Of a DNA stretch of 32,250 nt, positions 8,592 to 15,358 are shown one piece after another. The notes below the pieces were generated by a model, which did not search any database, was not told the DNA's origin, and saw only the letters and a program-made list of their open reading frames with translations. The stretch is taken from assembly GCA_029558215.1 (NCBI GenBank), contig JAKQFZ010000346.1:1-32250 (forward strand). Direction: 5' to 3'. This DNA comes from Candidatus Omnitrophota bacterium. GTDB taxonomy: Bacteria > Hinthialibacterota > Hinthialibacteria > JAKQFZ01. Position numbers and translations under genes: made by a program. Numbering within the stretch: position 1 is the stretch's first letter; each line of letters opens with the position of its first letter.

Positions 8592-9719
8592 GTGTCCATT
8601 GATCCCAAGTCCCTACCGGGTGGAAAACCCGTTCCCCTGATCGATCTGAAAGCCCAGTTTCAGCCAATCAAAGAAGAAGTTCTCAAAGAGTTCGAGTCCA
8701 TCTTTGAGAGCATGTATCTCTTTCTTGGAAAGAACGTACAGGCGTTGGAGAAGGAGTTCGCAGAGTACTGCGACTGTGCGCATGGTATTGGTGTGGGTTC
8801 TGGAACGGATGCACTGCATCTGGCGCTTCTGGCCTGCGGTGTCAAACCGGGAGATGAAGTCATCACGACAGCCTACACGTTTATCGCAACCTTCGAGGCC
8901 ATTGCCTATGTTGGTGCGATTCCGGTCTTTGTGGACATAGATCCGAAGACGTACCTCATGGATCCAAGTCTCGTGGAGAGGGCGATCACCCCGAAGACCA
9001 AAGCCATCATTCCCGTGCATATCTACGGTCAGATGGTGGACATGGATCCGATCATGGACATTGCCCGAAAGCGTGGACTGAAGGTCATCGAGGATGCCTG
9101 TCAGGCGCACGGGGCGACCTACAAAGGGCGCAAAGCCGGTTCTATCGGCGATGCCGGCTGCTTCAGTTTCTACTTCTCCAAGAATCTTGGCGGGTATGGC
9201 GAGGGAGGGTTTGTGACCACCAACGATGCTGAGATCAATTCGAATGTGCGGCTGTTGCGTGACCATGGATCGCCGCGAAAGTACGAGCACGACTACATCG
9301 GCTTCAACGCACGTCTTGATGAACTGCAGGCAGCCGTTCTTCGCATCAAGCTGCGAAGTCTTGACAAGTGGAATCAGTTGAGAAGAGCTCATGCCGGACG
9401 CTACAACGAGCTTCTTGCAAACGCGGGTGTTGTGACTCCATTCATAGATCCCCGAGGGGAGTCTGTCTATCACCTCTACGTCATCCGAACGCCCCAGCGC
9501 GAGGCACTCAGGGAGAAACTGATCGGCAAGCAGATCGGTGTGGCGATTCACTATCCGATCGGGATCCATGAGCAGGTGGCCTTTCGCAACTACTCCAAGC
9601 AGCAGTTCTCACTGCCCGTAACAGAGTCAGTCTGCAAAGAGGTTCTCTCGCTGCCCATGTATCCGGAACTGAGTGCCGAGCAGATTGAGTACGTTGCAGC
9701 CTGCGTCACAAATCCCTGA
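8592..9719 (+). CDS. DegT/DnrJ/EryC1/StrS-family PLP-dependent sugar aminotransferase
   Basis: GSGTDALHLAL..GDEVITT..TF.AT..IPVH.YGQ..D.D.I..IA..VIEDA.QAHGA.Y.G...G..GD..CFSFY.SKNLG (PLP lysine). GTG start 8592 follows GAGGAGG. Confidence 0.9.
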   Translation: MSIDPKSLPGGKPVPLIDLKAQFQPIKEEVLKEFESIFESMYLFLGKNVQALEKEFAEYCDCAHGIGVGSGTDALHLALLACGVKPGDEVITTAYTFIATFEAIAYVGAIPVFVDIDPKTYLMDPSLVERAITPKTKAIIPVHIYGQMVDMDPIMDIARKRGLKVIEDACQAHGATYKGRKAGSIGDAGCFSFYFSKNLGGYGEGGFVTTNDAEINSNVRLLRDHGSPRKYEHDYIGFNARLDELQAAVLRIKLRSLDKWNQLRRAHAGRYNELLANAGVVTPFIDPRGESVYHLYVIRTPQREALREKLIGKQIGVAIHYPIGIHEQVAFRNYSKQQFSLPVTESVCKEVLSLPMYPELSAEQIEYVAACVTNP

Positions 9720-9798
9720 CACGAAACGATGGGATTGTGCTGCAACGGAAGCTGGCTGTGGTAAGACCTGCACGCGAAAGTCACGTGCACCCCGCTTC

Positions 9799-10599
9799 TT
9801 ACTGAACGCCTCGTCCCTTGTCCAGGAGTTCATCTACTCGGACGATGATCTGTCCTCGACCTAGCAGGTAGTCCACAATGCTGCCGAAATGCGGATGCAG
9901 TTTGTCTTTTCGGGCACCTGCGCCGACGTGCGTCAGAAGCAGGAATCCGTTGAAGCCGTCCGGATCTTTGCTGGGGTAGTCTTTGATGCTCTGAATCACC
10001 ACTTCGGTCGGTCGAAAATGCTTGTCGTCTTCAGGAGCATAGTCCGTGTGACTCAGAGTGCCCCGTGTGAAGTTGATCATGGTGAGTCCGTGTTCCTGAC
10101 TCCATCGGCTGACTTCCTCATTCGTCTGCTCATAGGGTGGAATCCAGTAACGGATATCCTCCCTTTTGAAACCATATTCGACACAGCGAGCGACGTTGCG
10201 GTCCAGATCTTCGATGAACTGCTCTCGGGTCACCAGGGTCTTGTCTTCTTCCCAGCTGGCGAGCAAAAGGTGTTCTTCACTGTGGGGTCCCAGATAATGG
10301 CCTTCTGCGACCAACCGACGAATCAGTGGCTGATGTGCGTCGATCTTGAAGAATGCGCCTGTGAAGAAGAAAGCCCCTTTCAGATTACGACTTTTCAGCT
10401 CATTCAGAATCGTCTCCAGACCTTCACCGAATTCACCACCGGTGAACACAAGCGCCATTTCCTTGGAGTCCCGAAAACCACGACACAGCGCGCCCTGCCT
10501 TCTCTCGAACCGTTCACTGAACATGTTATCTCTCACCTCCGCAAAGCATCCTGTTGTGATAAGAAGCACCAAACCAACGATCATCATCCTCAGACGCAT
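9799..10599 (-). CDS. polysaccharide deacetylase (NodB-homology) family protein, probable lipoprotein/secreted
   Basis: N-terminus MRLRMMIVGLVLLITTGC. Motifs ..LVFTGGEFGEG..NLKGAFFFTG..GHYLGPHSEEH..YWIPPYE..FLLLTHVG resemble the divergent CE4-like deacetylase family. Last gene of the GH84 operon. Confidence 0.7.
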   Translation of the reverse strand: MRLRMMIVGLVLLITTGCFAEVRDNMFSERFERRQGALCRGFRDSKEMALVFTGGEFGEGLETILNELKSRNLKGAFFFTGAFFKIDAHQPLIRRLVAEGHYLGPHSEEHLLLASWEEDKTLVTREQFIEDLDRNVARCVEYGFKREDIRYWIPPYEQTNEEVSRWSQEHGLTMINFTRGTLSHTDYAPEDDKHFRPTEVVIQSIKDYPSKDPDGFNGFLLLTHVGAGARKDKLHPHFGSIVDYLLGRGQIIVRVDELLDKGRGVQ

Positions 10600-10620
10600 C
10601 TTTGGAAACCTCCTGAGCGT

Positions 10621-10854
10621 TCATTCCTCTTCTTTCGGTGGCTGCCTTTGCTTTGACACAAAGTCCGCCACGATTTCGGTTGCCCGCTCGGCATCGGTGT
10701 CCCGGACTGCCACGCCTGGTGGCACTCCAGGGCAGGCGCTGTCGAGATAAAAGGAGAACCCCTCATTGGTCAGGACTGTTTCGATCCCTTCATCTTCGAG
10801 AAGCATACGGACGAAGTCCACATCTGTGATTTTGCCCTGATAGACAACCTTCAT
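10621..10854 (-). CDS. small DUF2007-like (putative signal-transducing) protein
   Basis: 77 aa from Met23 of ORF 10621..10920: MKVVYQGKITDVDFVRMLLEDEGIE..VAVRDTDAERATEIV. ATG 10854 lies 1 nt after the GH84 stop (10856-10858), suggesting translational coupling. Confidence 0.55.
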   Translation of the reverse strand: MKVVYQGKITDVDFVRMLLEDEGIETVLTNEGFSFYLDSACPGVPPGVAVRDTDAERATEIVADFVSKQRQPPKEEE

Positions 10855-10855
10855 C

Positions 10856-13558
10856 TCATCGTTCACGAGTTGGGGCTCCAGTCTCGGGTTTTCCCTTGGG
10901 ACTTCGGAAGATGATTTCATGAATCTTCACTGGCGAGCGCTGATCCCGAGTCGCAGTCACACGAACGTACCGAACTTTTCTCGGTGCGAAGCGAGCCTGT
11001 GTGACAGCCCCTTGATCAGTTGAATGCGAGGACCAGTTCTGACCATCTGCAGAACTCTCGATTCGAAACCCGACGTAGTATTTCTCACGATCCTGATAGA
11101 CAAGGATCGAACTGATCTCCTTGGTTTGTACCAGATCAATCTCCAGGCTGGTTCCTTTCTCCAGTCCCGAAAGCAGCGAACAGCTATCCAAAAGATTACC
11201 GTTGACCAGACTGGCGAGACTTCCCGCAAGCAGTTTTGTCGGCTTCATGGCAATCTCGATCGGAGAACCTGAGTAGACTCGGAATTCCCTCAGAAGCAGT
11301 CGCTTGTCCTGGTCGGCAGTGCATCGAATTCTGAGGAATGACAGGGCTTTGGCTTCAAGACGGACGGTTTCCTCCGGCTGAGCCAGAGAAGCCAGTTGAA
11401 GCCACTTGAGACCGTCCAAGGAACCTTCCAAGACTCCCTGCTGGACAAAATCATCCGGTCTGCTTGGCTCGCCTTGGAGTATCTCGACTTTCTCTACCAC
11501 CGAAGCCCTGGGCAGTTCGAGTGTCACGTAGTCCCCGTCCCGCAGAGTTCGATTGCTCCAGAAGAAAGTCTGCCGATCATTGTCCAGCGCTCGATCAATC
11601 GTGAAGTCAATGTAGGCTTCGAGGTTTGCCTGCACTTTGGGCAACTCCGCCCCCAAGGCTCTGATACCGGAGAGAAACGCTTCCTGAATGAGCGCCGACA
11701 TGGAAGAACCACCGATGGTTCTGCCGAAGCGAGCGCTGTTGTTACGTTTTTCAGACAAGAGCAGAAAATTCTCCCACAGTTCTCGATTCGCTGAGGCGGA
11801 CTCCCGACTTGAAGCGAGCTGCAGCAGTTTGATACAGACGGGTCCTGTTTCTCCATACAGTCTGAGCAGCTGCAAATAAGGCTCGATCTCTTTGTAAAGG
11901 CCTTTGTCCTGGAGTTTCCAAGACAGGTTGTCGCCGACCATCTGATACTGCCGCCAAAGGTCGGACAGGGGAGTCGGATCGAAAAGCGCATCCTGACCGA
12001 CTGCCTGAAGCATCTTGAGAACTTCCTTTTGGTGACTGACTTCTGAAGAGGCGGGATTCCAGAGAAAGGAGTTTTGACACTGGAGCGCAAAGAAATGCAG
12101 ATCCTCTCCCGCAAGAGAACCGCCAACCCAGTTGCAGGCTCTACGGAAGGAGACTTCTGAACTGTAGTCGAAACTGTTCCAAAGGAAATCGGCGATGGTC
12201 GCCAAGGGTACCGTCGAAGCCATGGCTTCGTTCATGGGATTGGCGACAAACCCCAAGACTTCGGTGCTGAGTTCCGGCGATCTTCCACTGACCGGACCCA
12301 TGTGAAGTCTGTTACGAGCCAGCTCATTGGACGGGAAATTGTCCCAGACGAACAGAGGACGATTGACAGCCGATTTCATACGCTTGGCATCGGATGCACG
12401 GATTTGATAGTTATCCCATGTGCCAGTCGGATCCACACCTCCCATCCAGAAAAGGGAGATTGCAGGATCCAAGTTACTGCCCAGTACAATATGGTAGGGC
12501 GAGGGAGCACTCTGGTTTGCACTCGCAGGACAGACGATGAGTTCCGCTCCCTGAAACTGCTGCCTGAGGAAAGCGAGCACTTTGTTTGCCAGATCGGCGT
12601 GTGCTTCGGCAAGGCTTCGGTATGTGTTCTTGTCCTCTGCATGCCCGAGTTCCTGAACCGTTTGATCAAAGATGAGGGCAAAATGCGTGACTCCCATTTC
12701 GACGGCAGTTCGGTACTTGTCACAAAGCAGATTGCAGTCCTCCACTCGTGCATAGCGAATCATCGGTCCTGGTCGCACTCCGAAGACAAATTCCACCCGA
12801 TTCTCTTCGGCAACGTTGACAAGTGTTCCCAGCCTCTTTCGGTGTTCTTCCGGATAGGGCTCAAACCATTTAGCGTTGATATGCTCGTCACCCGCCGGAG
12901 CATAGATATATGTGTTCATCCGCATCCGTGCCATGAAACGGATGACGTCCAGGCGGCTGCTCTCAGACCATTGCGGACCGGAGAAAGCCTCGATGACTCC
13001 GCGCTTGCCGAAATCCGGATAGTCCAGGACAAAGCCACGGGGGAGATGAAAACGATCACCCAGCCGGAGCATCAAATCAACGACTGCCTGGGATGCGTAT
13101 CGAAAACCTCTCTCTGATTTGGAGACCAGAAACACGAAGTTCTCATAGTCCTGCAGTCCGGAAACGATCAGGAAGCCTTCTTCAGGAATCTGTCCCCAGG
13201 TTTCTGCTCCCAGGAAAGGCGTGAAGAACTCCTGAAGATTCTCTCCCGCCTCGTTAGGCCGAATCAGATAGAACTCGGTGTCGGGTTTGCCCTGAGGCCT
13301 TTGATTGGCAGCGTGAACCTGAATCTCGATAGACCCGAGAGTCTGTTGCTTGAGAAGGGTTGAGAAATACCCAACGGTTGTCACGCTGCCGGTGGTGTGT
13401 CGAAGGTAGATGAGTTTGCCAAGGGGTCTCGGTGGATCATGCAGCCATACCTTCTGAGGGCTGGGGTAGAGCGTGGGTTGTGTCGGCTGAACATCCTTGT
13501 GCCGAAAAGGCAGAAACAGCGACAGAGAAACCATGAGAGTCAGGGCACCTGACAGCAT
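10856..13558 (-). CDS. GH84 (O-GlcNAcase/beta-N-acetylglucosaminidase-like) protein with two C-terminal F5/8 type C (CBM32) domains; catalytic dyad reads D-Q
   Basis: GH84 core motifs: RGVIEAFSGPQWS, MNTYIYAPAGDE, HFALIFDQT, FVWDNFPSNE, GFVANPMNE. Hydrophobic N-terminus. Two discoidin-like C-terminal modules (..LEGSLDGLKWLQL.., ..ESSADGQNWSS..VRYVRV). Confidence 0.85.
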   Translation of the reverse strand: MLSGALTLMVSLSLFLPFRHKDVQPTQPTLYPSPQKVWLHDPPRPLGKLIYLRHTTGSVTTVGYFSTLLKQQTLGSIEIQVHAANQRPQGKPDTEFYLIRPNEAGENLQEFFTPFLGAETWGQIPEEGFLIVSGLQDYENFVFLVSKSERGFRYASQAVVDLMLRLGDRFHLPRGFVLDYPDFGKRGVIEAFSGPQWSESSRLDVIRFMARMRMNTYIYAPAGDEHINAKWFEPYPEEHRKRLGTLVNVAEENRVEFVFGVRPGPMIRYARVEDCNLLCDKYRTAVEMGVTHFALIFDQTVQELGHAEDKNTYRSLAEAHADLANKVLAFLRQQFQGAELIVCPASANQSAPSPYHIVLGSNLDPAISLFWMGGVDPTGTWDNYQIRASDAKRMKSAVNRPLFVWDNFPSNELARNRLHMGPVSGRSPELSTEVLGFVANPMNEAMASTVPLATIADFLWNSFDYSSEVSFRRACNWVGGSLAGEDLHFFALQCQNSFLWNPASSEVSHQKEVLKMLQAVGQDALFDPTPLSDLWRQYQMVGDNLSWKLQDKGLYKEIEPYLQLLRLYGETGPVCIKLLQLASSRESASANRELWENFLLLSEKRNNSARFGRTIGGSSMSALIQEAFLSGIRALGAELPKVQANLEAYIDFTIDRALDNDRQTFFWSNRTLRDGDYVTLELPRASVVEKVEILQGEPSRPDDFVQQGVLEGSLDGLKWLQLASLAQPEETVRLEAKALSFLRIRCTADQDKRLLLREFRVYSGSPIEIAMKPTKLLAGSLASLVNGNLLDSCSLLSGLEKGTSLEIDLVQTKEISSILVYQDREKYYVGFRIESSADGQNWSSHSTDQGAVTQARFAPRKVRYVRVTATRDQRSPVKIHEIIFRSPKGKPETGAPTRER

Positions 13559-13578
13559 TTTCCTGTCCCCTTTCGTTA

Positions 13579-13983
13579 CTACCCGGCAACACTTCGGACA
13601 CAGTCGCCGACTGCAACAGGCTTCACTTGAGCAACACCGGAGATGTCACTCATCCGGACATAGAGTTTCTGATGCATCGGTCCGGAACGAACAGTGGAGT
13701 GTGTGTCCTGAAGTCGCGCGCTCAGAACTGTCGGGCTGGACTCTTCCTGCTGGACAAGGAGAGACTTTGCCAGAGTCAAATGCTCTTGGACATGAACGGC
13801 GACGACCTCGGCCTTGACAATCTCCAGCGCACCCAGGGATGCTCCCGTGACAGGATCCTTAATCTCCTCTCCCGGTTCGTAAACTACAAACTTCATTCCC
13901 TTCTGGACACCTTCCTGCTCCCCCACGTTGAGCACGAGACTGTTCTCATCCAGAATTCGCGCAACTCTTCCTGTGACACTCAT
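13579..13983 (-). CDS. hypothetical 134-aa protein (first gene of the GH84 operon)
   Basis: ATG 13983 (Met13 of ORF 13579..14019) follows GAGGAGG. Motif GRVARILDENSLVLNVGEQEGVQKGMKFVVY resembles small beta-barrel 'G.V..V....V.I..G...GV..G' modules (FlgT-C-like). No signal peptide. Stop lies 20 nt before the GH84 ATG. Confidence 0.5.
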   Translation of the reverse strand: MSVTGRVARILDENSLVLNVGEQEGVQKGMKFVVYEPGEEIKDPVTGASLGALEIVKAEVVAVHVQEHLTLAKSLLVQQEESSPTVLSARLQDTHSTVRSGPMHQKLYVRMSDISGVAQVKPVAVGDCVRSVAG

Positions 13984-14027
13984 CAGAGAATGCCTCCTCG
14001 GATAGCAATCGGCTGTCAACCGGTTTT

Positions 14028-14057
14028 ACTCTACCCAAGACGGTCGAAACTTGTCAA
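14028..14057 (-). promoter_or_regulatory. candidate sigma-70-type promoter of the GH84 operon (TTGACA-N18-TAGAGT)
   Basis: Read on the minus strand: TTGACA at 14057-14052 and TAGAGT at 14033-14028, about 45 nt upstream of ATG 13983. Confidence 0.35.
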
Positions 14058-14090
14058 ACCCACCTCTCCGGCAACTGACGTTTGGTGATC

Positions 14091-14119
14091 TTGACAAATC
14101 AACACTGAAGGGATATAGC
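14091..14119 (+). promoter_or_regulatory. candidate sigma-70-type promoter of the coiled-coil gene (TTGACA-N17-TATAGC)
   Basis: TTGACA at 14091-14096, 17-nt spacer, TATAGC at 14114-14119, about 70 nt upstream of ATG 14189. Confidence 0.4.
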
Positions 14120-14151
14120 CATCATGATACAGATCATCTCATGATGAGATG
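14120..14151. promoter_or_regulatory. two overlapping perfect inverted repeats immediately downstream of the -10 (possible operator or leader hairpins)
   Basis: CATCATGA (14120-14127) pairs with TCATGATG (14139-14146) across an 11-nt spacer. A 17-bp perfect palindrome CATCTCAT-G-ATGAGATG spans 14135-14151. Confidence 0.4.
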
Positions 14152-14188
14152 AACATACAGGGACAATGAGTCCAGGAGGTTTCTGCAG

Positions 14189-15091
14189 ATGGAAGTCGGT
14201 GAGAGCGCTCGGTCTGGTGGGCATAAAGAGGCCGTTGTTGTTGGAATTGTTGTTGCCCTGGTGTCCGTGGCTGCAACGGTTGGGATTCTTGGCGGTTCTC
14301 GAATGATGGCATTCAACAAGTCCGTAGAGGATGCGATCGCACAGATCAAGGGCACGGCTGACGAGCAGAAAAATGAACTGCAAGGGATTGCGAAGGAACT
14401 GAAAGCCGCGGTGGATCGTCTGGATGAAAACCAGAAGCAGATTCTCCCCAATGAAGACTATATCGTTGACACCAGCCGGCAGGAACTTGCCAAGAGAGTC
14501 TCCACAGAACTCGGCCTTGTCCTGACGCCGGCATTCGACAAACTGGCCGACGAGATGGGGGGGCAGAAGAAGGCTTTTGGTGAGGTTAAAGAGGAACTCA
14601 AGAAACGTCTGACGGACCTGATGACTCAGACAAGGGCGGAAAACGCCGAACTGCGTGAGGCACTGAGAACCAATGAACTGCTGCTTCGTCGTTCCTATGA
14701 AGAGGGTAGAGCAGCGGACACAAATATCCAGCAGGGCATTGACAAGACGCTGACCCTTCAGCAGAAGGATTACGCCGAAGAGAAAATGACCAATGAGCAA
14801 CTGCGTCAGGAACTGCGCCGCACCCGTGCGCTACAGGAGCAGACCTATGAGCGCCTTCGCACCATGTCAGAACGCTACCTAGCGACGCTCAAAGGTCAAA
14901 ATGCATTGGCACAGACGGGTGGTGCGGTAAAGGATATTGTGACCGTTGGCATTCCTCGAAAGAAGTTTCTTGCAGAGGAACAGAAATATGTCGAGGAACA
15001 ACTGAAGGCCATTGAAGAGGAGCGTGCCTCGATAGATGGCAAGGAATTGGCGCCATCCACATCCGGTACCCCTCAAGACGCGACACCTTAG
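14189..15091 (+). CDS. hypothetical membrane-anchored coiled-coil protein
   Basis: AGGAGG lies 9 nt before the ATG. One N-terminal TM helix (VVVGIVVALVSVAATVGILGG) is followed by about 250 aa of K/E/Q/L-rich heptad-like sequence. The opposite-strand ORF 14099..14800 looks like its antisense shadow. Confidence 0.6.
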   Translation: MEVGESARSGGHKEAVVVGIVVALVSVAATVGILGGSRMMAFNKSVEDAIAQIKGTADEQKNELQGIAKELKAAVDRLDENQKQILPNEDYIVDTSRQELAKRVSTELGLVLTPAFDKLADEMGGQKKAFGEVKEELKKRLTDLMTQTRAENAELREALRTNELLLRRSYEEGRAADTNIQQGIDKTLTLQQKDYAEEKMTNEQLRQELRRTRALQEQTYERLRTMSERYLATLKGQNALAQTGGAVKDIVTVGIPRKKFLAEEQKYVEEQLKAIEEERASIDGKELAPSTSGTPQDATP

Positions 15092-15358
15092 AGAATCCTG
15101 GTCTTCTCACAATAGACGAAAGGGGACAAAGACAACTGACAGGTTTCCAACTGTGTCAGAGTCCCTTGGGATTACCGAATTCCCGCTCAGCAGTTGAGAA
15201 AGATGAATGTCCCGATGGATATTCGGCATTACCAAGCGTGAATGCATTCTGAATGCCTTGGTATCTCGGCGATGGCTGGCGCTCTGCCCCGATTTTTGCT
15301 TGGAGTTGAACTGTCCCGCAGTTCGGTTCTGAAACCGCTGATGCCCACTCGCTAATTG

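Noticed and set aside
8613-9569. 318-aa ORF on the minus strand covering most of the DegT gene
   Set aside because: It is antisense to a CDS with clear family motifs, including the PLP lysine motif. Its translation is Arg/His/Leu-rich with no motif and no RBS. This is a typical shadow ORF.
9889-10656. 255-aa plus-strand ORF opposite the deacetylase and DUF2007 genes
   Set aside because: It is a shadow ORF. The minus-strand products have a signal peptide and family motifs and fit the operon spacing.
12302-13117. 271-aa plus-strand ORF inside the GH84 gene (also 11524..12126, 11751..12080 and 12376..12753 in other frames)
   Set aside because: These are antisense to, or out of frame with, a 900-aa CDS that has GH84 and F5/8 motifs. 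They have no independent signals.
14099-14800. 233-aa minus-strand ORF opposite the coiled-coil gene
   Set aside because: Its Leu/Phe-rich translation is the expected antisense image of an E/K-rich coiled coil. The plus-strand ORF has the promoter-like hexamers and an AGGAGG RBS.
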